A DNA stretch of 61,772 nucleotides, filler included, from Bipalium vagum (lineage: Eukaryota), in NCBI GenBank assembly GCA_037834085.1. It is 3 parts of 3 records of this genome, joined end to end, with 100 filler letters (N's around TTAATTAATTAA, not from the genome) between each part and the next. Parts side by side here need not be neighbours in the genome. Positions count along the whole stretch, not along the records: positions 1 to 21,677 come from JBBMKC010233501.1; positions 21,778 to 43,386 come from JBBMKC010234710.1; 1 more part is not named here. One strand, given 5' to 3'. The first letter of the stretch is position 1; every line of letters begins with the position of its first letter. The notes under the pieces are model-generated. The model did not search any database. It was given only the letters and a program-made list of their open reading frames with translations, and was not told the origin of the DNA. Below are positions 15,330 to 29,001 of the stretch, piece after piece. A program made the position numbers and the translations under genes.

Positions 15330-17271
15330 TACATAACATAATTAAATATATTGAAAATGAAAATCCTATCATGTTACCCCAGATTCCTAGCTTTGATTTT
15401 CACGCGTAATTAATATAATAAATCCATTTTATAAACCAATAATTTTACTTGAAAACTGGATGATTTTTAAAAAGACATAAAATTCAATTAGTAATAAAAA
15501 TCGTGTTATTTGATGAATGTCTTGAATAAATCATATTTTTTTGGAATTCAACATTATTCATTATAAAAATGTAAAATAGAAATATAATTTTTTAAAGTTA
15601 TTTATTTAATTTACAATATCGATTTTGTTTTTATCATACAGGTCTTATTTTAAACAATAAGCTTTTTTCTGTCTCTTATTTTATCATTTACACATTCTAT
15701 AGTATTTTATTCTTTTATTTATTAATTTTATATTATAATTTTTATTATTGTGGAATATATACAAATAATAATACAAATAAATACAAATATGTGACGATTC
15801 TTAAACGAACATAAACTTTAATTATGAAATGTCTTCAGGTTTATAAAATGAAAAAAATCCTCTGACTAATTTCAAATTATCTCACGGTAGCATTAGTGCA
15901 TAAACTTACTACAGTGAGGTTACTGGAAGATTATTATTTAAAAATCTCTCAACCATAATCTTTAGCATTGGCAATCAGAAGAGGTCATTTGGCAACACAA
16001 TAAAGCTAAAGCAAATGCCTAATTGTGAGTAAAAAGAAGTAACTTAAATGGGAAAATCTTTTCTATTTTATGCAACCTTTAGTTTCCTTGAATATCATAA
16101 AAAGACTCGATTACATTTTCAATGGTAAATCTATATGGTTTTTAAAATCAGGAATAGAAAATCTTGCTTGTAAAGGGAGGTTTCTAAAAGTGATGGAGAC
16201 TATTTTAATAAATAAAAATGTTTGGTTATTTTAAACAGTTAATAAAAAATGACCTAATATATGATCACCTTCCCAGTTTATAAATGAGAACTAAACTTAT
16301 TCTAAAAAAAAAGACTAATAAATATTTCTGACTTGAACTTGAACTTGATAATAATTATTATAATTGATAATAATTATATTATCAAATAGAACGAATCTTT
16401 TAATTTTGGAAAAGAATTATTTTGTAAATGAAGTGATTAATTCTCATCAAATAATATTCATTGAAAAAATGTAATTCCAAATGAATAGATATAAGTTTAC
16501 CTTAAGTGACATTACTTATTTTCATCTGACATTATAGATGGAATAAATAAATAAATAAAATTGAATTTTTGATATACACTTTCACGGGCATTTGATAATT
16601 TTAATACGGTCAACTTTACTCCAACAGGAATCAGTTCATTGGTTCGCAGCCTGTGGAAGCAGAGTTAATGATTTTATTTATTTATTTATTATTTGTTTAA
16701 TTATTGCATAAATTTTCTTTAGAAACATTTAAAAATAAAAATAATTGAATCAATAATTTATATCCAGTCAATAACACTGAGATATTTTATTATGTACTTA
16801 TTACATACACCCTTGAATAAAATTTAACAGGTTAATTAAATTCGTTCATATTTTATAAGGTTTTAATTATTATTTAGTTTAGAACAAAAAATTCTGAATC
16901 TATTGGTTAACCATTTTTTTGTAGTAATTTTTGTTTAACTAATCTGGAAAAAAAGACTAAAATTGGATCATTCACAATTTTTTAATAAAAAATCTTTTAT
17001 TTAAAAGTTTGAAATGATTTTAATGGAAAAGAGCAATATATCAATGCTGGGAAATTAGCATATCTGGAAATAAATTATTAAAATGATTTCCTTAAAATGT
17101 CTTCTGTTATTTTATCAAATCTCGATATTACGATTTTTCATTTACTAAATAAAGAATGAAAAATTTTTTAAAATTAACATTATGATTATGTTATGTTAAT
17201 TTCTGGAAAATTTTCAATGAAAAACATAAAGAATTTTGCCTTTATTATTCATGTTGGTCTTTATTTATATA

Positions 17272-17749
17272 CAGTGGAGTTCAATAAAACAGTAGTGCAG
17301 GTATTTAAATTTCAAAATTATTATGATTAAGTTATAATTTTTAGGGATTAAATTGTTCTTTTGAGTTTAGAGAAGTTGCTAAGCAATCCAAAAACAAAAA
17401 GTACCTTAATTCAGCACAATAATCTGAAGACAAATTGAAAAACGAATTACATACAGCTCATTCGCGTGTTCAATAAAATAGTAGTATAAAAATTACTCTG
17501 CTTATGTTACTTATCCAAAAAAGGAAATTACTATTATTTTATTGAAGACGTTGAAATCTCTCTATTTCATTTCAAAAGACATTTTTATAGGGATATTATA
17601 GGTTTAAAATGATTAACTCCTGGTTTTGTCATTAATCAAATACTGGGAAACATATTTACGAAAATTATTGTTACTAAAGTTTTTACCATAGAAACAAATT
17701 TCATGTTTTAACTTTTATAATAACAATAATATTTTATTGAACAGTGCTG
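17272..17749. mobile_element. Non-autonomous pogo-like element/MITE
   Basis: TA-CAG...CTG-TA ends with imperfect TIRs around GTTCAATAAAA and internal copies of that motif near 17468 and 17535. Confidence 0.55.
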
Positions 17750-18091
17750 TATGTTAAATTGATAAGCAAAGATCAATAAGCAACAAATGTTCTTTTAGGA
17801 TACTTTATTGAAAATCCTAATTTTTATGATCATAAAAATTCACAAAGATCCTAGTATTCTTATCATATCAATTTTTTTAAAAAATTATTACTAAAGATCT
17901 TAGTTCAGCATTTACTAAATTCAAATATTACTATTTTTTTCATTACAACGGGGAGTTAATTTAAAGAAATTTTAGTTTTTAAAATATTAAAATTTATGTA
18001 ATTATTATTTAATATCGTGACTCCGAGACAATTATATAATTATATTTTTATAAAAACTATTTCTATAAAATTAAAAAATAATAATGCATTA

Positions 18092-18953
18092 CTAGGGTTT
18101 TCAAAAAGTCTTCCCTTTTTCGTCAATGGGTTTTAAAATAATGTAATCGGGAAAAAAATTGTTTATGTACACAAATATGAACCATCAGAATTAGCAATTA
18201 ATTGCTAACGTTTTGATAACGAAAAACTAACGTCTCGCAAGAAATGTAAGTTCTTTTTTAATTCAAAGAACGCATTTATTGCATCAATAACATGAGGGGG
18301 TGAATTATTAAATTATTATCATACAAGACCAACTTCTCGTCTACCGTGATTATTCGGTCAAGTATACATTCGTTTTGGTGACGCACGAACAAATAAGAAC
18401 AAATGTCTATCTGAAGGTTTTTTGAGACTTGCTTAAATTTTCAGGCACAATTTTGTCAAATCTTCTGCTGAATCCCGAATGTTTTAAATAATTCCAAATG
18501 ATTGATAAAGAACAGCTGAGGTCTAAAGATAGTATTTCGAATGTCGACCTTGGATTGAAATGAATTGCCTTTATTATTATGGCATAATCAATATCAACTT
18601 ATTCTCGACCAGACCGTGTTTCGTCTTCGTTCTGCCATTTTGAAATATTTAGAACCATTTCTTCGTACATCCGTAAGAACATGACCATTCACAAAAGACC
18701 ACTTTTATCCTACTATTAATTTCTGTAAACTCATAAAACATACAAGTACGAACTTCGATTTTGATTATGGAGATCAAAACATAATTTTATTATTAATTAT
18801 TAAAAATTATTAATTAAGTAATGTTTCATTAAAAAAAATAAATTGCGCGCCATAAAATAAAATAATCAAACAAATATTAAGATAATTTGTTGGGATGCTA
18901 TATCGTTATAAATTTAATAGTGAAAAAAAGTAAAGACTTTTTGAAAACCCTAA
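18092..18953 (-). mobile_element. Degenerate mariner element
   Basis: TIRs CTAGGGTTTTCAAAAAGTCTT / AAGACTTTTTGAAAACCCTAA flanked by TA; EDETRSGR linker remnant. Confidence 0.85.
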
Positions 18954-19566
18954 TATACCTAAAGGAAATCGTATTTATCTTAATACATATGGTTTTCTTT
19001 TGTTTATTTTATTATTAGGCATAAATTTGAATAAATATTTATAATATAAAAATAAAGGATTACCCTCCAACAATTGAATAAATTACACTAGTTTATTAAA
19101 ATTTGTTATAATTAATCAATTTAATTAATTCCAGACTAACTAAGAAGGAATTAAGATTGTAACTGAAAACAATTTTCTTTCCGGGGAAGTTAAGATTTGT
19201 AGTTAAAAATTGAATAAATGAAAAAATTAAAAAGGCATATCTTGACGACTGAATATTTAAAATTTATTTCGACACTATGATATTAAATCTTATTTAACAT
19301 ATATTCAGCAAGAAGATAGCGTTACATGAATTAACATGATACTTTATACTTGTGTTTTATTTCACTATAAGTCCACTTAAAATTATGTACCAATAATCAA
19401 CTGTCAAAGCGTTCCAAAGGAAAGGAACATTTAAAATGTACATTTTTCTTTTTAGCAAGTATAAAGAAAGTATATATGAATTCAAATCAAATCTTTTTAC
19501 CATATAATCTTTGGATTAGTATGTGTATTTCAAAGATTAATTTGATCCAAAGAAAGTGTATAGATA

Positions 19567-19602
<36 letters not shown>

Positions 19603-19669
19603 TATTATTATTATTATTATGATTATTATGACTATTATTATGATTATTATCATGATTATGATTATTATG

Positions 19670-19737
<68 letters not shown>

Positions 19738-19740
19738 ATT
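19567..19740. repeat. Compound (AAT)n/(ATT)n microsatellite
   Basis: Direct observation. Confidence 0.95.
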
Positions 19741-20321
19741 AGGTGTGAGTAATTTGAACTAAATATTAAAAGATAAATTATCTAAACTGATTTTATTATT
19801 ATTCACAAAACCTTTCCATTAATCCTTAATTTATTATAAAAGAATGTTTTATTTTTATATTATTTTAAAATATTTAATTTCATCAAAAAATGAAAACAGT
19901 TATAAAACATAAACTATTTTACAATATTTTTAAAAGAACTCAAGACACATTTTTTAAAATCACTAAATAAAAAAAAATAAATAAAAATAAATAAAATCAC
20001 TAAAATGTTGTCCTTAAATAACATATTTTTCGTTTTATTTATTGCAAATATTCAAATCAGACACCTTTAACTTAAGGAGGTGGCCAGGGTGGGTGACTGA
20101 ATAAAGGTGGATATATTGGCCTCAATGTCACTTGTTTGCTTAAATGTTGTTATTATTCAAAACGTTTATCATGTTTCTCGTTTATAATATAAAACTTATT
20201 TTATTAATTTTTTTCCAAAAATAGAAAATTCTAATTTTGTGCGTTTTTTCATTTAATGCAAAAATAGATATCATGATTTAAAATGTGCAAATAATTAAAT
20301 TTTAATAATTAAATCATACTA

Positions 20322-21123
20322 CAGTGGACTTCGATTAATACGATGTTGTCGGGATATCCAAAAATCATTGTGATAAGCGATATATCGTATGAACAGAAGT
20401 GTCATTATTTCATTTACATGACATGTTTTATGCAATAGGATAAATAAGAAATTAATAAAAGAATCGATTTTCAAAAAATTATTAATTAAAAGTCCGCAAT
20501 ATCTAGTTTGAATTGAAAAAGTCAGTTATTGATAGTTGTTTAGAGCAGCGTTTTTTATTTAAGACTCCATCTTCAATTATATAAGTGATACATCTGGTTT
20601 ATAACTCAAATTTACTTGAACACTAAATTGCTTGGTTTTTCAAGTAGTAACGGGTCAGATATCATGCAATTTTGATCAGACCGCTCTCTAAACCACGTAA
20701 GCAAAGCATTATCCAGTTCAACAGCATTACAATTTCGACGTCGCATCACTGTATCTTTCTCATTGCAACAAAGCTTATTTCACAAATCTTGATGTCATTG
20801 CATTTGATGGTTGCAACAGTAGATTGAGGCAATTTATATTTTTTGACTATTTCCGATTGTTTCATAGTTTTTAAATAATTTAAAATGCTGATTTTAGTTT
20901 TTAAACATAAATATTTTCTTTTAGCATTCATTTTTTATATTTTTAGTATTTATTTTTTAGAACTTTTGGATTTCTGTGGAAATTTAAACAAATAAAATGT
21001 AAAATATTATATTATGCGATATCGTATTAAACGATGCTTTACATATCAAAACTATATATATTAAAAATGGTCCGATTAATTATATCGTGATATCCACATA
21101 GTAGTATTAACCGTGTTCCACTG
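20322..21123 (-). mobile_element. pogo/Tigger-like element, deleted; retains CENP-B-type HTH region
   Basis: TA-CAGTGG...CCACTG-TA ends; MNAKRKYLCLKTKISIL...KYKLPQSTVATI and ELDNALLTWF. Confidence 0.88.
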
Positions 21124-21606
21124 TACACAATTTCTGGCTTATTTTAAACAAAAGATCAATAATCACAAAAGTTTTAATGGCCACAAGTATAGAATATTTT
21201 ACAAGGAGTACTTAACAATGCTCTTTTAACTCTTTGGTACCCTTTCTTGATTGTTATTTTATAAAGATATTTTTCTCTACAAATATAAAGTGAAAAATAT
21301 TGGCTTATTGCTAAATTATTGCAATGGAAACCAAAACAATAAATGCCAATTTTTATCATGACCCCTTTGATTTATGGAATACTAATGGAAAATTAATGTA
21401 TCTTCATCAGTTATTCGTATAAATCTCTCCATGGAATAAATTAAATAAAAATATCATCTAATATTTTTTATATAAATTAATTATTACTATTATTATTTTG
21501 TTAATAAATAGCTTTACTAGTTAATTATCATGATTACAAAATCAATTAATTCCTGGTTGAATTGTTATTTTTCATTTATACATAATGTTCACCAATTAAA
21601 TTTCTA

Positions 21607-21677
<71 letters not shown>
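21607..21677. repeat. (ATT)n microsatellite at contig end
   Basis: Direct observation. Confidence 0.95.
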
Positions 21678-21777
21678 NNNNNNNNNNNNNNNNNNNNNNN
21701 NNNNNNNNNNNNNNNNNNNNNTTAATTAATTAANNNNNNNNNNNNNNNNNNNNNNNNNNNNNNNNNNNNNNNNNNNN
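21678..21777. other. Artificial scaffold linker N44-TTAATTAATTAA-N44
   Basis: Identical 100-nt construct also at 43387-43486; the 12-mer has stops in all six frames. Confidence 0.9.
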
Positions 21778-21894
21778 AAAATAAACAAAGCATAAATTAT
21801 TTAAACATGGATTATTTTATTGATGTATACATATATTTGTATTAATATACATAACTACAGACTTTTTCTTTACACCATTCTATGTAAACTTATT

Positions 21895-22085
21895 TGGCGC
21901 ACCACGTACATAGAAGGAAATATTTCAGAGCATTGGGAAAAGAATTTAGAAAAGTTGAAGGACAAATTTAAAATAAAGAGAGGCATATTATATTTTAGTT
22001 AAGATCAGGAGACATTTTTCGTAGTACTCAGTAAGGACAGAGAAAATAATGATGTAGTACCACGATGGAGCATTAGGAAGATTCG
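21895..22085 (+). mobile_element. Gypsy LTR retrotransposon relic: PBS-like site plus pol fragment
   Basis: TGGCGCACCACGT (2 mismatches to a tRNA-Lys(CUU)-type PBS) then KFKIKRGILYF...YHDGALG, resembling the start of the integrase zinc-binding region. Confidence 0.55.
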
Positions 22086-22222
22086 CTGCCATTTCATACT
22101 TAATCCGTCATTTCTTTTTATTGGCTTTCGGGTTTTGTTTAAATACACAAATTTAGAATTGTTTACGAAGAGCGATTTTTTAAAATGCTCATTAGAATGA
22201 AAAAAGAGAAACAAGAGTGATC

Positions 22223-23130
22223 TTATGTGTAGAAGAAGGGCGAAGTAATATTTTCTTTGTTGACAGAGGAAAAAAAACTTGGGTCGATATTAAAAAAATT
22301 AATAATAATAATATTTTTTTCTTTTCTATTCCAAAGGACCGCTAGAGACCACCAATATGAATACCTTATTATGTTATTTTTCCTATTTACATTTTTACAT
22401 ATTATTATTATTAACTGTATCACCACTGGGAGAGCAATCGCGCCAAATATACCTCCCATGCAAACCGTCTTGCTGCCGCAAATTGCTCGAAAGTCCTTAA
22501 ATCTTGGGATTGCAAATGAGACTCCTCTGAAACAATTAAGCCTCTCTAAGAATCAGAGACATGCTATCTAACACATATCACTTCTCCCCGGAGACTGTAC
22601 TTCCCATGACCAGGAATAATATATAATATTATCTTATCTATATCTATTAGGTATATCTATTATCTTATCATTATTATCCAACTTGTTATCATTATTCTCT
22701 GTATACTCTGAATCCTCAATCTCATTACAATCTCGTCTTCGGGCACAGTTCCTTTCTCAATATCTGCCATGATTGTTGTACTTTCAACCTTCCATCGTAT
22801 GTGTTTATATGTGTTCTCGGGATATATTATATCCCTTATATCCCTTTTTTGTGGTTTGAGTTTGGTGTTTTTCCTGTTCTTCATTGGCAGGTATCGGATG
22901 CAATAAGGGGCGGTGATCAGTATGCTCTCAATGGTGCACAGTTTGAATTGTTCCGACCCTTAACGTGCATTGAATTTTATATTTTGTGTCATTTGGGACT
23001 CCAGGATCCGTCACATTGCAATATGACATTTACTCATTGTAAATAATTGTCTCTACTGCTGTTTTTGGTACAGGTGTATGTGTATATGATAAATACAAAT
23101 TATTTTATTACTGAAAACATACCAATCATA
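22223..23130 (-). pseudogene. Decayed Cys-rich ORF with a C-terminal hydrophobic segment
   Basis: Fragments YTC...LQCDGSWSP, DMCxIACLxFLERLNCFRGVSF and GGIFGAIALPVVIQLIIIIC, interrupted by stops and frameshifts. Confidence 0.45.
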
Positions 23131-23160
23131 TTATCGGAAAAATATTTTAAGTATGTCATT

Positions 23161-24430
23161 TGTGGATAATAATAATAATAATAATAATAAATCGACAGTC
23201 TTAGAACTTTACAAAACATTATATATATATATATAATTTTTGTTTAATTATATTAATCAAACGTCTTTTGGTGCGTTATATCTACTATTATGATAATTTC
23301 TCGATGTTAGTTACATTTATATCGTTTGATAAAATATCAAGACTCATTTCCAAATTATTTGTTTTAATATAACAATTATTCAAACAAATTAATTTAAATA
23401 GTAAATATTTAAACTAATTAAATTATTTAAAACATTTTAATCCTCACATCCCCCGTTTTTAAAGAATTTCTTGATCTTTTCAATGTTTCTGACTATTTTC
23501 TTCCCGTTCGTATCTGTCATTTCGTAACATCTGTCATAGATTTTCTTCTTAATTTCGTATAGCCCCTCGTATCTATCTTGATCTTTGGTTCTAACTTCTT
23601 TTCTAATCATGACTGCGTCTCCAACTGTAAAGTTCCTTCTGGTTTCTTGATTTCCCAACTCCCGTGATTCTTGTCTGATTTTCTCAATGGCCTCCTCTCT
23701 AGCTATTTGATTCCTACTGAACCATCTTTCTCTATTTATTCTCCGGCCCAAAACTAGCTCCGCCGCACTCATACGTGTTGTCTTCTGTACAGATGCGTTT
23801 AGAGTACACTCGATTTCTGGTAAATTTTCTGCCCAATTGGTTTTATTTCTATCTTCTCTTCTTCCTGTTTTTCTTCTGACTTTCCATGAAATATAATAGG
23901 AGATAAACTACTGATATTATAATACGAGATAAGAGGGGATTTACTGCTTTTTTTAGTACACAGCTCCGAATAGCTCCTCATCTGTCGGAGCTCTTCCTTT
24001 TGGGTGCATCTCGTAGTCATCAGAAATTTCACCATCATTATCATTAGTTAAGTGTCTTTCACTTTCTTGGTCTCTATTATCTTCAGCTATTGTATTGAGA
24101 TACCTGTTATCTCGAGAATAATTGAACTTTACGTTCCTATCTACCCGTGGTGTCCTCATGTCGTCTCGTCTTCTTTCCATATTTGTGTAGCAAACACTCT
24201 CCAAGTGTCCCTGTAGACCGCATTGATTACACTTCACAGTAGGACATTGTCTTCGAACGTGTCCTTCCACTCCACATGCGAAACAAGTCGGTTTCTTTCT
24301 CATTACAATTTCTACTTGTGTCCGATCTTGTGACATGTCCAGCATTCCCTTTTATTTGCAAAATCATTTCGGTTGACCATTAGTCGTACTTGTGGCTTTC
24401 CCATACATGTTTCCTCTCTTGGTCGAATAT
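23161..24430 (-). mobile_element. Internally deleted Gypsy LTR retrotransposon (gag end, integrase end, PPT, probable 3' LTR)
   Basis: Three CCHC knuckles (CWTCHKIGH frameshifted, CFACGVEGHVRRQC, CNQCGLQGHLESVC); TTRMSAAELVLGR and YEGLY (GPY/F-like) integrase tail; AAAAACGGGGGA PPT then TG...CA segment 23448-23161. Confidence 0.88.
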
Positions 24431-24969
24431 CACTAGTTAATTGATTCCAAACAATGTTTCAATTATTCAAATAAGCATTCCCACATTCAACACAACATTG
24501 ACTTATTATTAGATTTATTTCTTAAATGGCATTATAATAAACCAGTCAATCTATTTAAAAATATATTTAATTATAGATTTTAAGATCGATCGATAATTAA
24601 AATAAAAAAATTAATTTTTTGAAACAATTCAATCTATAAATTTTCTCGATCATTGATATGGAAAATTTACTACACTAATAAAAAATAATATAAAATACAT
24701 GCGACACTCTCCAAAGCTTGATCAAAATCGAAATTTTATATGGAATTAATAAAAATCTAAGGCAAGAAATGATACAAGAAAATATGTGGTAAGAAAAATC
24801 CATAAAAACTGAAAACCCAAAAGATATTGCTTAGTTACAAATCACATTAAGCAATTCAAAATTAAAATTGTAAGTGTTTGGGTAAAATGTATTCCCATTG
24901 ATACAATATTTATTTAGTGGAAAGTTTTATTATTATTTATTTTTTTATAAAGTATAACAAAATAATTAC

Positions 24970-25064
24970 ATCATCTTCCGACTCTCCGGTAACAGATTCT
25001 TTTTTGTTGTCTGCTAATTGCAAATTTAAAGTATCACAATCATTGGTGGTTTGAATATCTTCAA
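24970..25064 (-). CDS. SRPK: Probable SRPK spacer exon 7
   Basis: TTTTCAG acceptor, open frame IEDIQTTNDCDTLNLQLADNKKESVTGESEDD in phase with exon 6, GTAATT donor. Confidence 0.7.
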
Positions 25065-25240
25065 CTGAAAATAATCGTTATTTTTTTACAGTTCAAATAA
25101 GCTAACATCGAGAGCTTTGATAAAACAAAATGACTAAAAAATAATCATTTTAGAAAAAAATATTCAAAATTATAGATATTTATAAATAAATTTGAAATTT
25201 AAATATTTTTTTAAGCCTCTCGCATTTTCTGAGAATAAAA

Positions 25241-25525
25241 TCAATAATTAACAGATATGGTCATCGATAGGGGACATTCTTGTTTCAATCTCCTGATCAC
25301 TTTTATTGGATCGGTGAAAATGTGGTAGCACTGATATGTATGGAAGATGTCTGAGTACATATTCTGGATCAGTACTATTGAAACCAACGACAGACCACAT
25401 TTCTCTAAAGTCACCCAGAGGATTTCATGTGGAACATTCCCAAAAGCGACTGCTTTATCCGTCCAACACACGTTTATTTCTGAGTGGATTCCTAACTCCA
25501 TCACAGCTGTGGTGTACCCATTGTG
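25241..25525 (-). mobile_element. Non-LTR reverse transcriptase fragment
   Basis: VCWTDKAVAFGNVPHEIL...LKQECPLS; similar at protein level to the element at 49.8-51.9 kb. Confidence 0.85.
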
Positions 25526-25529
25526 CTTT

Positions 25530-25860
25530 TAAACGAAAATATTTCTGATTATCGTTCAGTTCATGAGGAATCCATTTGTCGAGTTTATTTAATCTTTCAA
25601 ATGATCCTCAAATAACCTGAAACTGATCTAACACTTACTCCAAGATTAGTGTCAATCTCTCGAACTGCTGAATGTGGATTTTGTTCGACTAAATCGTTTT
25701 TTGACGACGCTAGTTGGCCTACCACATTCTTTATTAAACAAATTTATTTATTACACCATCATTTATCTATGCGTACTCCACAAACATTATTTCCACAAGG
25801 TCCTCAGATATTCCTGGTTGCTTTTATAACCGTATGACCAAATTTAAATGCATACAAAAT
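25530..25860 (-). mobile_element. Mariner 5' fragment
   Basis: LVEQNPHSAVREI...LDKWIPHELN. Confidence 0.8.
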
Positions 25861-27117
25861 AGATATAAAATAGCAGTTATTCATCTTAATCTGTAATAAT
25901 TATAAAATTATTATATAAATATCAAAATATTTTATAATAAACATTACTTTCGATTCTTTTAAATAATCGATAAAACATTCAAATTAATGACTTCTTTGAT
26001 GATTAAAATTAGCTTAGAACAAATCATAAAAACAACTTTTCCTAATGACCAACCTAATAGGTAATATTTTCAAATATCGATTATTAAAAAATAATATTAA
26101 TAAATAATTTAATCAATATTTTCAGATTGAAGAATATAACGAAAATAGATTAATATTGATTTGCAAATAAATTATTAAACGATTTACACAATTGATATTT
26201 AATATAACAAACATTGAATGAAAATTATTTTGGTTAGACATAAACCGGATTAAGTTTATAAATGGAATTGAAATATTTCTTCTCCATGAATTCCATTAGA
26301 TAAATTCCGGATAAGAACTTCAGTAATTTAAATGAAAAATTATTTTAAAGATATCTCAAAGATAAAATGACAAGGATAACCAATACGTGATTGGTAGAGA
26401 TTATATCCATTAGGTCTGCTAGGTCCTTTTCCTAATTTTTAAATTTATTTATGATTTCCCTCTTCATTTTATAATACAGTTTTTGTCAATATTATAATAT
26501 TTCCAGAATTATTTTTATTTTAATTAAATTAGGCCACTATCCATATAAATTAATTGATTGTTACTAAAATTTTCTTATCAAAATTAAAAAATGATTTTTA
26601 AAAAAATTTAAAAAGACGTGACATTTTTATATATACGTATTGAAACTATCATTTTAAGAAAATTTTCTAAAACATAAAAGATATATTCATTTCAAATTTT
26701 AGTTTTCTAATCTGGTTTAGTTGATACTTTAAAGTAGTTCAAATATTTTCACTTTCAAAATCATTCAATTTTTTATTTCTCTGCTATATCAAACTAAAAT
26801 GTCAAAGTATATTATTCACCAAATTGATACATTTAATTGTATTAAATCTAAATTTTTACATTAATTAAAATTGTGTACAATAAATAAAAATATTGGACTA
26901 GAATTAGATTTAGTCTTATTAAATTAATTAATAATAAATTTTAAATGTAAATATATAATTTCAAGAGGAATATATAACATATAATATATACAATTTTACA
27001 AAAACTATTTACAGCTACATTTAGTGTAAAAATGTAAAATTTAAAAATAATAATGATTAAATGAACTATTAAATCAATATAAATATCACATTAGAAAATC
27101 AATAAAATAATCAATAC

Positions 27118-27474
27118 TTGTATTTTCATTGATTTTATCGACCTGATTACTGACTTCATCTTCCGATTTTGAATCAATTTTTTTATTGTTAGCATTCATA
27201 TCCGTTGTATTGATTTTATTTGAAGATTTTTTTCTCTGTCTGTCCAATTCATTGGAAACATCATTGTTACAAATGGAAATTCTACAGTAGTTACAAATCT
27301 GACCCTTGTTTTGTAAATTTGATTTTTCCAATTCCCTTAATTCTATTTCTTCGATTTCAATCAATTCCTGTTCCAGGATTTTCTGTTGCTTTTTTTGCTT
27401 TTTTTTTAAACGCTTCTTTTTGTTTTTACTCATTTTTAAAAGAGCTTCTGATATCTTCTTTGGTGCTGTGCTGA
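27118..27474 (-). CDS. SRPK: SRPK exon 6 (start of spacer insert)
   Basis: VSTAP...KMSKNKKKRLKKKQKKQQ, the conserved start of the SRPK spacer; phase 1 acceptor; 3' donor less certain. Confidence 0.88.
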
Positions 27475-27526
27475 CTATTTTCATACAAATATGATGAAAT
27501 ATTTTTTCTCGTTCATTAAAATGTCA

Positions 27527-27691
<165 letters not shown>

Positions 27692-27729
27692 CTATTAACA
27701 TTTTGTCAATCATAAAATTTAATAAGTTA

Positions 27730-27879
<150 letters not shown>

Positions 27880-27933
27880 TTATTAACTTGACATTCATAT
27901 TTTAGTTATTAAAACTAAAATGATAAAGGATAC

Positions 27934-28021
27934 GAATTCCATTTTCCCCGGTAACTTTAAAATCATCAATAAGTTGTACTATTCTGTTTCGAAATTTGTG
28001 ACAAGGATCTGCTTCCCTCAC
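27934..28021 (-). CDS. SRPK: SRPK exon 3
   Basis: VREADPCHKFRNRIVQLIDDFKVTGENGI; AG/GT borders; phase consistent after a ~9.2 kb intron. Confidence 0.93.
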
Positions 28022-28277
28022 CTAGCATAAATCAATTTAAGATGATCAATATTTTACTAATTGATTTAAAATTCAATGTGTTAATATTATTATTAAGATA
28101 ATTCACGCAAAATAAGAGATGAGGAACTTTAAATAATTCTTTATTTTAAAAATTTTTTATGTTTAAATAGATTAATATATACGTGTATAATTTAAATAAG
28201 TTTTAACTTTAGACTGAGAAAAAGCAATTAGTCATGAAGAACTTGGTTTTTAAGCATTTTATTTTTAATAAAGTACA

Positions 28278-28980
28278 GTGATGGGGCTGCTGAAAAAAAT
28301 TAAAGAAATTGCTTCCCGACAGTTATATTTCAAAGAAAACTATCGTAAAATATTTCACAAAACAATTTTAAATACGTATAAGCAACGTGTAACAGAACAA
28401 ACAACACAGAATAAAAATGTTCGAATCGAAGAAGTCAAACATATTTTGACAGAAACAAATGTCCGACAGTTAGGAGCTTATGTTATGTCTCAAAGACTTT
28501 CAATTCTGCAATTAACCGTTTGCCGAATTTTAAAGGCCAACTTACGGCTTACGAAAAAAGTAGGTCATTTACCAACAGCAACAACATCGAATTCTAGCGT
28601 ATCCTGCCAAATTTAAAGAATACAAGAATCATAAACATTTACTCCATCGAATTTTAGATGAGACTGAGTCATGTTGTACATGCAGCAATCAAAAGATCAA
28701 CTTTGTGTCTGGCTTTCAACTAATGAACCTGGAGAATCGAAATTTTTCTGATAAACGAATGTTATTTATAGCAATTAATTACTAAGGTGGAGCTTGCTAT
28801 CATCTTTGTGAAAAGAAAACAATTGACTCTGAGCTCTATAAATCGAAAAATGGTTTTTAAAAATCAGTTAAAACTCCTATTTTTCTTCATGACATAAGGA
28901 ACCCGCATAAATCAAATATTGTTCTGTAATTTTGCACAAACAAAGAAATTACGGAATGGTATCATTGGCAGAGTGTTATT
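28278..28980 (+). mobile_element. Degenerate Tc1/mariner transposase
   Basis: HTH-like TVCRILKANL, ILDETE and IFLHD..NPHKS remnants. Confidence 0.55.
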
Positions 28981-29001
28981 GATTTGTAAGGACCCCATAT
29001 A

